Positions 12,933-25,450 of a DNA stretch of 64,000 bases are shown piece after piece (within the stretch, counting starts at the first letter, position 1; the number at the start of each line of letters is the position of its first letter). A program made the translations under genes and the position numbers. Below the pieces are notes generated by a model, which searched no databases, was not told where the DNA came from, and saw nothing but the letters and a program-made list of their open reading frames with translations. Origin of the DNA: Lama guanicoe (Eukaryota); NCBI GenBank assembly GCA_013239625.1, contig MU053934.1, forward strand, positions 7,148,399 to 7,212,398, in the 5' to 3' direction.

Positions 12933-13879
12933 GCTTAGAATGTAGAAAGCTGCAAAGGATGTCACTCCCAACATAATAATGAGAATAGGCTGGGTAACCT
13001 TTAAGATCAACTTCTCTGGAGCCCATCAGCAAAGCAACCACGTAAACTAAATTCCAAAGAGAGACAAGCCTCTGCAAAGACAGGTGGAACACAAGAACTC
13101 TTTCACTTTTGGCAAAGCACTGGGGAAAGAGGTAGCTGCCGTACAAGTCGGCACGAGGAAATCAGTTAAAATTTTAATGAATTCTTAGAGGCCAAGCGTG
13201 GGCTAGCATATCAGTTTGTAATAGTTAGGGGCCTCGGATACAAAGAGAGTTTACGTTCATTCACAAGCTCTTTTCTGTAAATCACCATCAGAAATCTTTC
13301 TTCACAAGAAGAATGGGGACAGACTAGAGAGAAACCGCTTGGTGGGCAGGCACCCAACTCTTGAGGGACAGGCACAAAACCACACCCACTTCCCTTCTCT
13401 CCTAGAAAGGAAAAGCCACAAATTCACTCTCCCTCAGGGTACAGGCAAAGATCCATTGCTGCCCAGGGACGAGTAAGAGCAAAATCCAGTAATACCAAAT
13501 CCAGGAGAGGATAGGAAATCCTCTTGTCCTCTAAAGAGGATAGGCAAAAATTTACTACTTCAGATCTTAGAATAATAGAACACAGGAGGGCTTTGAAAGA
13601 AGGGCCCAGCCAATAGGCAGGTCTACATTACCTTCTGCGTACTATCCCTACCATTTATCTTTTATAAAGACATCCTGGTGTGGCTGTGACCAAGTGAAAC
13701 AGCATTTAGTTTATTTATTTGGTTCATTCAGTTGAATAGGAGCTTGCTGAAAGCCAGATGCCACTCTAGGAAAAACTAGACATGCCTGTACAGTCACATG
13801 CTGAATCACAAAGTGAGAATAAACACAGATCTTGTCCTTGCCCCAGTGGACTTTAGTTAGTGCTGAAGAGAAAACAAAT

Positions 13880-14364
13880 TGCCAACTTAAAAAAAAAAAA
13901 CAAAACACCACAGCATAAGAACTGAGTTGAGTTTATTCAGTGTTTTACTGAGGACTCTGAGGTCTATAACCCAGGAGATAGCATCTCCTATTTCTGAGGT
14001 ACTGTTCCAAAGAGGTAAGGGAGGAGCCAGGATATATACAATAGAGTGGGGGGTCGGGGGGTTGCAGGGAAAAAACGTATAGTTGAACATTAAAAGATCG
14101 CTGCTAATCACAAAGAACAGACTTCTTAAGTTAATCATTTTATTGCTTTTCTATATAAGAGAAGATGCAGGAATCTGGGGCCATAGACAATTTTCCTTGG
14201 TTGTATATTTTAACTGTCTAGCGGCCAGTATCCAATGCACAAATGCTTCCTGTTGTTCTGCATCCTGAATTCCCTTCAGAAGCGCTGTCGGTGGGTGACC
14301 ACAGTGGCTGATGGCTTGATCCTTGTAGAACTGGAATAGCAGGTAATATTTTTTTTTCTTTACA
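13880..14364 (-). mobile_element. ERV1-type solo LTR (cetartiodactyl-like family)
   Basis: TG...CA termini, near 4-bp TSD aaat/aagt, minus-strand AATAAA at 13932-13937. Confidence 0.65.
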
Positions 14365-14489
14365 AAGTGTATGCTATCTCTTAGACACACCATTTCTGTA
14401 TAGGTCAGATACATCGGAAAATGAGCTCTTGGAGTCATGAACAGCCTTATCTGATCTCCACCAACTCCTATATGCTCAGGGAGTGCACC

Positions 14490-15091
14490 TGACCGAACTT
14501 GGGTCGGCTTGCTCACTGCGCAGCAGAGCCACTTTACTGCACCAGGTTGTGGGGAAGGGTAGATGGTACAGCCTTTATTGCAAACACTAAGCAAGGAGAA
14601 AGCAGCTTGTGCTCAAAAGACCAGAACTCAATGGCTTTCAGAGCAGGGGTTTTAAAGGAAACACTTGGGGTGAGAGTTTTAGCTCGTGGTCTTTCTTTTG
14701 ATAGGTTGGTGGTGAGGTAATAGGGCGATGTTTCAGGAACCTTTTGGTTCCACCCAGTCTGGAGTCTGTGTGCTTGTGGTTAGCATGTAGTCAACATCCT
14801 CCATGGGTGGGGGTCTTGGTTTCTGCAGAACAACTCGAAGGTATGCGTCAGATTGTCGTGACAGTTGTTATGAGGAGGGACTAGGGCTCTTTAGCACTAA
14901 ACTATTGTTTCTTGACCGCTTTTCCTTTGTTTCTTCATTCCCTTACATACCTAGTTAGTCGCTGCTTGAGCCTGCGTTTTGGAACTCAGGGAAGGCCCGG
15001 GAGACTAAAGCTTCTTTCCACAAACAAGAAATGAGGGACACAGAGGGGCTTTTGTACCCAGGAGGGCCCTGTAGGGTCCTGCTTGGTTTCA
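14490..15091 (-). mobile_element. ERV1-type solo LTR
   Basis: Minus strand begins TGAAACCAAGCAGGACCC and ends TCGGTCA; near 4-bp TSD cacc/cact; minus-strand AATAAA at about 14574-14579. Confidence 0.7.
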
Positions 15092-15284
15092 CACTCTTGG
15101 AAGTTCACAAATGCCCCATTTTAAAAGGTAAAATGTTTAAATAGTTATGTTATTGGTTGGTTTTCCTTTTAAAAATAGAAATTTAAGCTGATACCATTAC
15201 CTCCTGTAATGGGATAAAAAGATTGGGAATATCCTCTTTACTGTAATATTTACAGTATTACAATATTATTAAAAAAATTGGAAA

Positions 15285-15760
15285 GTGAAATGAAAACTTA
15301 TGTTTACACAAAAACCTGTACTTGAGTGTTTATAACACATTTATTCGTAATAATCAAAAACTGGAAACAACCCAAATATCCTTCAACTGGACTGACAAAC
15401 CATGGTCAGTTCATTCAGTGGGAACTACCCACTGATACGTGAAGTCACATGGATGAGTCTCAGATGAATTATGTGACGTGAAAGACAGAACAATCTCAAA
15501 AGGCTACACACTGTATGAGTGCATCCATATGACATCCCAGAAAAGGCAGAACTATGGAAACAGAAAACAGATCAGTGGTTTCCAGGGGCTGGAAATAAAA
15601 GGAGGGGTTGACTGCAGAGGAGCAGGGGGAAGCTTGGTGGGGGTGATGGGACAGTTGTGTATCTTGATTGTGGTGAGGGTTACATGGCTATATGCATTTG
15701 TCAAAGTATGAACTAAACAGTGCATTTTACTGTATGTAAGTTATACCTTAAAATGAAAAG
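15285..15760 (+). mobile_element. Old L1 (L1MB/MC-like) 3' end
   Basis: aaatgaaaacttatgtttacacaaaaacctgtac...aaactggaaacaacccaaat...gtgcattttactgtatgtaagttatacc. Confidence 0.75.
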
Positions 15761-16725
15761 CAAATGGGAAAAAAGAAATGCTTAGCAATATGAGACACCA
15801 TGTGGAATATCGTGCAGCCATTAAACATTTTTTTAGTGGAAGCACATTTAGGGACATGAGAAAATGCTCGTGGTCAGATATTAAAAGCATGAAAGAAGGC
15901 ACCAAACTGTGTTTAGATTATTATCCCCATTTTGTAAAACACACACAAATGATGAGGATAACAAAACATGTGCATTTGTGCCTGTACAGAAAAAGGGCTA
16001 GAAAAAACACACCAGAATGTCAGCACTGTTACCGTGGATGACTTTAATGTTTTTCGGAACACTTTTGCTCAGTTTGCAAGCTTTCATCTGAACCTTTGTT
16101 CCTCTTACAATTAAGGAAAAGTCATTAACATTGTTATTTGAAAATAATATAGAGGGGCGGGAGCAGCCTGGCTGTCTTGGCCTTGAAGTGGGCAATGAGC
16201 TGCACGTGGTTTCGCCTTGGTGACCAAATGCTGTTTTGTTTTGTTTTTTCCCCCCAGACCTCTTGGCCAGGCACCTGGGTTTTTGCGGCCAGTCCATGGG
16301 CTGCCACGCTGCACGTATACACTAGACTTTAGCCCACTGATAGCTGGTGTTAGTTATCCTTTCCTCAGAGAGTGATGCTATTTAGGTGGTTCATTTGTTC
16401 ATCTCTTCTTTCTTCCTTCGTTCATTTCCTAGCCCTTTCCATAGAGGATTTGAGGAGGTCTAATGTAGTATGACCTGAGTTTTATTGGATGGTCCGGAAT
16501 TGATTTCATTTTTTCTCTTCAGTTTAGCTCTGCAGGCACTTAGGCAAGAGAGTAGATCAAGGCCCAGTCCCTGCACCAGGGAGCTTGCTGCTCAGTGGGG
16601 CAGGCGGACGCTCCAGCAGTGACAGCGGGGTAGGGAGTGTGCTGTGATGCTGCGCTCTGGGGCACGGGGGAGGCCTTTCATATCTGGCGGCTTCCTAATG
16701 GGGTAACTCCCATCCTGGTAGGTAT

Positions 16726-18916
16726 CTTTTAAAATTTAATTTAATTTAATTTTTTCATTGAAGTATAGTTGACTTACAATGTTATGTTAGTTTCTGATGT
16801 ACAGCAAAGTGATTCAGTTATACATATATACATCCTTTTCCATATTCTTTTTCATTATAGTTTATTAAAGGATACTGAATGTAGTTCTCTGTGCTATGCA
16901 GTAGGACTTTGTTGTTTATCTATTTTATAGATAGTTTTATATATAGTTTGTAGGTACTAATCCCAGACTCCTAATTGATCCCTCCCCCACCTTTCCCCTT
17001 TGGTAACTGTAAGTTTGTTTTCTATGTCCCTGAGTCTATTTCTGTTTTGTAATTAAGTTCATTTGTATCATTTTTTAGATTCCACTGATGTCGTATAATT
17101 TCTGTCTTTCTCTGTCCAACTTACTTGACTCAGTATGATTATCTCTAGGTCTATGCACATTGCTGCAAATGGCATTATCTCATTTTTTATGGCTGAATAG
17201 CATTCCATTGTATATATATACACAACATCTTTATCCATTTATCTGTCAATGGACATTTAAGTTGTTTCCATGTGTTGGCTATTATAAATAGCGCTGCTGT
17301 GAACATTGGGGTGCATGTATCTTTTTGAATTAGAGTTTTTTTCAAAAATATATATGCCCAGGAGTGGGATTGCTGGATCATAGGGCAAGTCTATTTTTCG
17401 TTTTTTAGGAACCTCCATACTGTTTTCCATAATGGCTGCACCAAATTACGTTCCCACCAACAGTGTAGGAGGGTTCTCTTTTCTCCGCACCCTCTCTGGT
17501 ATTTATTATTTGTGGACATTTTAATGATGGCCATTCTGACTGGTGTGAGGTGATACCTCACTGTAGTTTTGATTTGCATTTCTCTCATAATTAACGATGT
17601 TGGGCATCTTTTCATGTGCCTGTTGGCCATCTGTATGTCTTCTTTGGAGAAATGCATATTTAGGTCTTTTGCCCATTTTTTGATTGGTTTGTTTGTTTTT
17701 GTTATTAAGTAGTATGAGCTGTATATCCTAGAAATTAAGCCCTCATTGTTGCAGATGAAGCTGCATGGTTTGCAAATATTTTCTCCCAGTCCATAGGTTG
17801 TCTTCTTGCTTTGTTTATGGTTTCCTTTGCTGTACAGAAGCTCGTAAGTTTACTTAGGTCCCATTTTTTATTTTTGCTTTTATTTCTATTGTCTTGATAG
17901 ACTGCCCTAGGAGAACATTGCCAAGATTTATGTCAGCAAATGTTTCAGCTATGTTTTCCTCTAGGAGGTTTATAGCATCTTGTCTTGTGTTTAAGTCTTT
18001 AAGCCATTTCGAATTTATTTTTGTGTACAGAGTAAGAGAGTAGTCTAACTTCATTGATTTGTATGCGGCTGTCCAGTTTTCCCAACACCACTTGCTGAAG
18101 AGACTCTCTTTTCTTGATTGTATATTCTTGCCTCCTTTGTTGAAGATTAATTGACTGTAGGTGTGTGGGTTTATTTCTGGACTCTCTGTTGTGTTCCATT
18201 GATCCATATGTCAGTTTTTGTGCAAATACCATGCTGTTTTGATTACTGTAGCTCTGTAGTATTGTCTGAAGTCTGGGAGGGTTATGCCTCCAGCTTTGTT
18301 CTTTTTCCTCAGCACTGCTTTGGAAATTCTGGGTCTTTTGTGATTCCATATAAATTGTAGGATTATTTGTTCTAGTTCTGTGAAAAATATCCTGGGTAAT
18401 TTGATAGGATTAAATCTGTAGATTGCTTTGGGTGGTATGGCCATTTAAACAATATTAATTCTTCCAATCCAAGAATGTGGGATGTCTTTCCATTTTTTGG
18501 AATCATCTTCAGTTTCTTTAATCAATGGTTCTCAGGATGTAAGGCTTTTATCTCCTTGGTCAGGTTTATTCCTAAGTAATTTTTTATGCAATTTATTTTT
18601 ATTTTTTATTATTTTTTGGGGGGGAGGTAATTAGTTTTATTTATTTATTTTTAGAGGAGGTACTGGGGATTGAATCCAGTACCAGGGCCTCATGCATGCT
18701 AAGCGTGTGCTCTACCACTTGAGCTGTACCCTCCCTACCTTCCATGAAATTTTAAAAGCGATTTTTTTTGCTTTCCCTTTCTGATATTTCATTGTTAGTG
18801 TAAAGAGATGCAACAGATTTCTGTATGTTAACCTTGTATCTTGCTACCTTGCTGAATTCATTTATCAGTTCCAGTAGTTTTTGTGTGGAGTCTTCAGAGT
18901 TTTCTGTATATAGTAT
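16726..18916 (-). mobile_element. 5'-truncated L1 LINE (degenerate ORF2 C-terminus, 3'UTR, A-rich tail)
   Basis: Frameshifted ORF2 pieces [81 protein letters not shown]; tail at about 16726-16757. Confidence 0.93.
18596..18743 (-). mobile_element. Second camelid-type tRNA SINE nested in the L1
   Basis: Same A/B-box head and tail as the 1150-1282 copy; flanked by atg(c/a)aattt; L1 sequence resumes on both sides. Confidence 0.85.
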
Positions 18917-18999
18917 GGTGTATACAGCGGTGCATTTAATGAGCACACCTGGGGCAGGCACGTCCCTCTTGAGGCGGGCGCCCTCATAGTCCAACAGCA

Positions 19000-19375
19000 C
19001 AGCCTAGTGGGCAGGGACTGAACTGCACTGCCCATGTCTGAATCTAGCTGGGCTGTGTGGTAGCTGTTGCACCTCAGGCAAGTTACTAACCTCTCTGTGC
19101 TTCAAGTTCTTCACCTATAAAAATAGGAATAATATTTACCTAGTTCATGGGACTGCTGTGAGGATTCAATGAGTTAATAAATGTTAAAACCTTTAGAACA
19201 GGGTCTGCCATGGAGTGGAATACAAATGTACTACTATTATTCCCATTTTATAGGTGAGCAAACCAAGGCTTAGAGAAATGAAGTATTTCACTCAAGGCAA
19301 CAACAGCTAAGAGATCCCAAGAGCCAAGTCTGCGTGCAGGGAATAAGACTTCACGGCCCGTGCTCTTAACCACTG
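19000..19375. mobile_element. Two MIR fragments in opposite orientation (+ 19000-19235, - 19235-19375)
   Basis: ggcaagttactaacctctctgtgc...gtgaggattcaatgagttaat, followed by cccattttataggtgagcaaaccaaggcttagaga. Confidence 0.7.
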
Positions 19376-19572
19376 GCTCTGTTTTTATGCCTTTGTAAGA
19401 CTGTCGATAAGTTTCAGAGGAGGAAAAAAATACTTTGCGTCAGATTTTGGTGTGGAAAACCAGCCTCCTTATATACAGTTTCATATGGATGGATACATGG
19501 GTTGGATGAAGTGTTCGTGCTCAGTGACTGTTTGAGGATCCAGTGTCCATCTGGGGTCTGCATACTTTGATT

Positions 19573-19686
19573 TTTTTATTGTTGTTGTCCTTAGGTTTTT
19601 ATTTCTTTTTTCTTTAAATTGATGTACAGTCAGTTTACAATGTTGTGTCCATTTCTGGTGTACAGCATGTTTCAGTCATACATATA
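19573..19686 (-). mobile_element. Very short young L1 3' end with TSD
   Basis: ttgatgtacagtcagtttacaatgttgtgtccatttctggtgtacagc plus T-rich tail; catactttg(a/g)tt on both flanks (19561 and 19687). Confidence 0.7.
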
Positions 19687-20163
19687 CATACTTTGGTTAT
19701 TATCAGCCTGAGTTGGGGTGGGATTCAGGTTGAGACTATTTTCACAACAAAATGCCCCATATCTGTGTGTTTTATCATATATCCCATATGATTATGAAAA
19801 AGAGAAGATAGGAACCATTTTCCAGATGAGGAAACTGAGGGTCAGAGATGTGAAGGGGCTTGCCTGAGGATACAAGGTGCCCATCTGACCCTGGTGGGAC
19901 ACCTTACCCTCTGCTACCTGGCTGCCACCTAACCCTCCCTGCCCCTCACATAGGAATCATAGGAATAGCCAAGGATGAGATGTCACATTGGTCAGTGTCC
20001 CTCACTCCCAGGGCTGTCTTTGTTCATACTGTCCCCACCTCCTTGGGCCAGACTGTGGTTGCTCTGTCTCTGGGTCCCCAGGGCTCAGCTTCTGTGCCCC
20101 AGAGCTGGGTTAGGAGTGTCTGCTGGTCATATGAACAAATCAAGGAGCACACAGAATTACAGC

Positions 20164-20325
20164 ACTGACTTGCTCGAAGTGTGGTCCTGAGCCAGCATCA
20201 CCTGGGGAATTGTTAGATATGCAAACTCTGGGCCTTGGTCCCTAACCTGGTGACTGAGAAACTGGAATGTGGCCCAGCAAGTTCGATTGAAACACGCTCT
20301 CCAGGTGTTTGCGAACCAGCGGTTT
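20164..20325. mobile_element. MER5A-like hAT DNA transposon relic
   Basis: ctcgaagtgtggtcc...agcatcacctggggaattgttagatatgcaaactctgggcc. Confidence 0.7.
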
Positions 20326-23300
20326 AGACAACAGCACTTGCTTTTGGGAGGTGGGCACTGGAGTTCAAACCCCAGCTCTGCCCCTGACTTGCTTTGTGGC
20401 CTAATGCAAGTCACTCAGTCTCTCTGGTTTGCTTCCTCACCTGTAAGATGGTGGTCATACATTGTGAGGAGGTTTATATCATCCTTTACAGGGAAGGGTT
20501 CTCAGCACAGGGCCTGACATGTAGCTGATACATGCTTAGCCCAAGGCTGATTGGAAATAGAAGGCTGAGAAGCTGCCTGTCCCCCAGCAGTGCCAGGGTC
20601 AGCCTGGTTCCCCTGAGCATGTGCTCGGCAGTGGCCCTGCTTGGTGGGGGATAAGCCTCTCATCTCACCTTGGGTCTGTCCTCCTGGGACAGTGGAGTGG
20701 CCTCTGTTCCAGCCCCAGGCCTCTCCACCAGGGGACCTCAGGTCTGTCCACCGGGGCACTGTGGCCTGGGCCTTCTTCCTCTACAGAGGCCATGGAGGTC
20801 ACTGCCCACCCGTCTAAGGGGAGAGGGGCACGCACCTCCCGCAGGTGTCTGGGGAAGGGGCTGGGGAGGGGCACAGAGCAGGCAGCTGCCACCCTGGGGA
20901 GAGCTGGGGCTGTGAGAAGGGTTGAGGGGAGGAGAGGAAGCTTCCAGGGCACCGACAGGGCAGGGTGCCGGCGCAGCAAGGTGTCCCGCTTCCAGACACC
21001 CAGCTCAGAGGCCCAGGCACTGCTTGGGCCTCACGTCCCACAGGAGTAAAGGACCCCCAGACCTCCTGCCCAGTGGGGACGCGGCCCACTGGAGGTGGGG
21101 GAAGCAGCTCAAAGACCCCATAGTACTCCACCCTTAGGGCCTTGGGGCCGGGTTGGGAGGCCCTGTTTGTCCTAATACCCTGAGACTTGTAGGCTGGCCT
21201 CCAGAACCCGCCATGCACACTCTCGGGATCATCCTGCCCGCTGCTCCCACCCGGTATCAGTGACTCATCCCTCCCTGAGCTCTGGAGTTCCCTGAAAGCA
21301 GTGTGGGCCCTCCTTCATCTTTGTCCTGGCACCACCGAGTCTTGCATACAGTAGGTGCTCAAGTAATGCTTGGTGAATGAATAACAACCCAGGAACAGAA
21401 AAGTGGGAGGGAGCCAGTCAGCTCCCTGTCGGTGGGGGGCTACTTGGGGTCACCTCCCCCAACCACTTGCTCCGTGACCACAGGCACATCACTCCTTCCC
21501 CTCACTTGGCCTGTTTCCCCATGAGCAAGGAGGAGGCCCTTCTCAACCTCCCACATCACTATCCTGATGGATTGTAAGTGGTCCCCTCGAAGCCTGTCCC
21601 TAGTAAACAAGGCCTTGGCACAGCCCAGAAACACAGGCTGCCAAGAGGCCAGGCCAGGCAGGGGGAGGTAGTTAAGGGCCCTGCGGCAAAGCCTGGACAC
21701 AGAGGCTGACCCTGTCCTCCATCTGCAGGGACTTCAGAAGACCCAGTGTCTTAGCTCGTGCTGCGGCAGCATCAGATCCCTGCCCGGGTCACTAGGCTAG
21801 AGCTTGCTTGCCCTCTGGGCATTACCAGGGGGCTTGGAGAGGATGAAATACCCCCGCCCACCCCCCTGCTGTTAAGGACCCAGGAACGCCTGAGGGTGGT
21901 GAGAATGCAGCAGAGGTCCAGGGGAAGAAGGGGCAGCTTGGCCCGGGCAGTGGCTGTGGGGAAGGGGAAGGACAGAGAGGCAAAGAGAACTTAGTGGCCC
22001 AGCCTGGAGGGTATGGGAGGGGCAGCCAAGGATGCTAGAGGGTCCTGGCTGGGGACCAGGAGGAGGCATCACGCATAATTACAGCAAAAGTTCTCATCTC
22101 CTGAGCACCTGTGGCCTTTCACGCCTTACTCTAACCCTCCAACTGGGGAGGCAGGCATCACTCTTGCCTGGAAAAAATGAGGCAGGAGTGAGTTAAGGTT
22201 TCCAAGCTGGCCCTGAGGGCCCAGACAGGCGAGGGCAGGTGGGCAGTGACAGCCCGTTGGGATTCCTTGTCGGCGCTCTGGAGATAACAGGAAGCTGAGG
22301 AAGGGGCCTAGCCGAGCAGAGGTGGTTTCCTCCCAACTTGAGGTTTCCTCCTGCGCAACCCCCTTGCTCTTTATCCACCAGTGGAGGGAGTGAGAAAGGG
22401 ATTGGGCCCCTCAAGAATCCTGCAGACGTGGGGTTGAATCACGGTACTGTCACAGGACCTTGGGCAAGTCATTGACCTTGAGTTTCCAGACCTTGTGTCC
22501 TCTTCTGCAAAGTAGGGCGACTCTAGCCTCCCCCACAGGCTGGCATCACAGTACATGAGCTTACCAAGTACCCAGGACTGGCCGGCCCAGCAGGCCAAGC
22601 TCAGGCCTCAGGCACTGGGAGCCTGCTCTGACCCCTCCTTTCTGCCCTGTTCCTCTCTCTGAGGCAGCGTGGGGCTGGCAAGGCAGAAGCTGGTGTCTGC
22701 CCTGGGCAGCAGGCACCTGCAGTGGGCTCCAGTCCTCCTCAGAAGCAGAGAGCAGGGGCCCCATCACCATCAGATCAGCTGGCAGATGACAGTTTCACCC
22801 TTGGTCCTTAAGGAGCTGGGCAAGGTAACCCCCTCGCTCTTCCTGGCACCCCTCTGAAGGCCTGGTGGCCAGACGAGGTGCTTGAGTTCAGCCATGGCAG
22901 CCCTCAATCTCTCACGTTGTCCCAGCCTCCTTTCAACCCAGGTTGCCCCAGTGAGGGCGGAGGGCTCTTCGGGGATTTTCCTTGGTGCCACATACCAGCT
23001 GGGACTCCTTGGATGGTCTGGCTCTTGGAGCCTGTTTCCTTCTCTGTAAAATGAAAACAGGGAGACTCAGCCCACCCAGAGCATGTTTGGAGGTGCGCAT
23101 GTTCTTCGCAGACAGTGTAGATAAAGAGGGCCCGGTACACAGCAGGTGCTCAGGAAATGTGTTCACAGAAGCTGGAGGATGAGTGGTCTCTGGTCTGGTC
23201 CTGCTGTTCAGGCCTTGGGGTGGGAGGAGGCAGCGCCAGCCTGCTGCCCACAGTGGGGGAGCCCAGGCCACACGGCGGCAGGTTTGGGGGAGAGAAGAAC

Positions 23301-23489
23301 TCTGAGGGGTACAGGTGCCTCAAATCCCCAACCTCTCGCTTGGGAGAGGCAGTGGGAAGGGGACATGGCCCCTTGGGCAGTGGTCTTCTGCCTAGGGTCT
23401 TGCCCGGTTCCAGAGCTGGTACATAAATGCTGGTGGACACGCCCCCCAGCCAATGTGAGTGTGAGGCACGTGCAGGGCACAGACTCACA

Positions 23490-25150
23490 CTCACGAGATC
23501 AATTGTTTATTGATTTTTTTCCCTAAAATACTATACATTTAAAGAAACTCCTAAACTGAAAAGACTTGACAATTTTTGGTAAATCTGTAGCAAAGGAATG
23601 AGGATTTCTGCTGGTAAGTTCTCATGACAAACATAGACACACATCCACTCTCCAAGCAAGACATCCAGCTCACTGGAAACATTGAGTAAAATGCATAGCT
23701 TGTGATGGCGGCAGCCATTTCTCCAATGTCTGAGTTACACAAAATAAAGGTTTCCCTCCCTCCCCTGCCCCATGGTTACAGTGTAGCTTCCTGGCCCCAG
23801 CACATGTGCTCCCCCATGACGAAGGACGCCCAGAAGAGACTTGTGCTATGGGGTGAGGCCGAGCTTTTGTTTGCTCATGAGGAATACAGATGACTAAAAT
23901 CTGCAACTGCTGGAAAGACACGGGGGTTTGTACAGTGTTCTGCTACGGAAAGGACTAAGGCTGGTTAGAAGTTGGACCCACAGCTGGCCAGTGGGGACAG
24001 ACTTCCTACAGCAGGCTCCACTACAGAGAGGCCCAGGGCCCGAGCCCGGAAGGTCCCAGCTAATCAGCCAGGCCTGCGCCCAAATGCCTCAGTCTTCAAG
24101 CAGTTTACAAATTAAACCCACTGTCAAAAGCCGTTAAACAGTAGACAAGCTCTTTAGATTCTCTGAATATCAAATAATATATACAGATATATACCAAGAC
24201 ATGACAGTCTAATATAAAGCATCTTAACTACAGATGCATTCGCTTGAAAAGCTAGTCTTATTTTTTAACCTTTCAAATCACTGATAAAATTGTTAATTTG
24301 CAAGAATAAAGTTTTAAGCACAAATAGAGTGAAAATAGCTTTTAAATACAGCGACTTTAGAGAGTACTGCATAAGGTTATTTCCGAGGCTTACACTTGGA
24401 CGCCCCAAATGCGGAGAGTATTCACAATAAAAAGCCAACCATGTGTTCTAGCTTCCTTCTGCAATCTCTTGCCTCAAACATTATCTGTCTAAATGAGCTA
24501 CTGGCTCTCACAGCCTGCCCCAGGCAGCGGCATGGGTGATTAACAGCACAACATGGAAACGGAGATATTTCCTCAAGACTGGTGTACATCAATCTGTGCC
24601 ATAATTTAAGTATAAATGAATGGAAGAACAGGTATATAAAAAAGTATAACTGTACACAGCCTTTAAATTAAAAACCTCAAAGTCTGCACTCAAAAAATGG
24701 CGTGTAAGTTTTGTTCATTTAAGTTGCAGGTGATGGGATGTGTCAGAGAAAAGTAATCAGTGGAGCAAGAATCAGCGTGACCCACCATTGACTTGGAGGA
24801 GAGGAGGAAAGACAAGGTCAAGACTATACAGATCCGTGATAAGCCGACACACAGGGAGCGTGGCGGGGGAGCGGGGCAGGGGAGGGCCCGGTGACTTCTG
24901 TTGTATGGCATCTTCCTGTGCTCAGAGTTGTCCATCTGCACTGTGGAAAGGGTGCCAAGTCCCAGGTGAAATGACCAGCTTGTCTGCCTTCAAGAGACAC
25001 CACGAAGCCAAGAGCAACGGAACCATCATCTTTTGCAGGAAAAGGAGTGGATGCCCATGACCAGCTGGAGGCGCCGCTGCTGGGGCCAATGGCTAACAGA
25101 GCTCCTAGGACCTCCACCTCCATCCCTCCGCCAGCCAGCCCACTGGCCTG
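23490..25150 (-). other. PACSIN2: PACSIN2 3'UTR (about 1.65 kb)
   Basis: Runs from the TGA at 25151 to the AATAAA at 23506-23511; AU-rich blocks at 24130-24730. Confidence 0.8.
23506..23511 (-). terminator. PACSIN2: PACSIN2 polyadenylation signal AATAAA
   Basis: Minus strand AATCAATAAACAATTGATCTC followed by a GU-rich element GTGAGTGTGAGTCTGTG. Confidence 0.8.
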
Positions 25151-25450
<300 letters not shown>

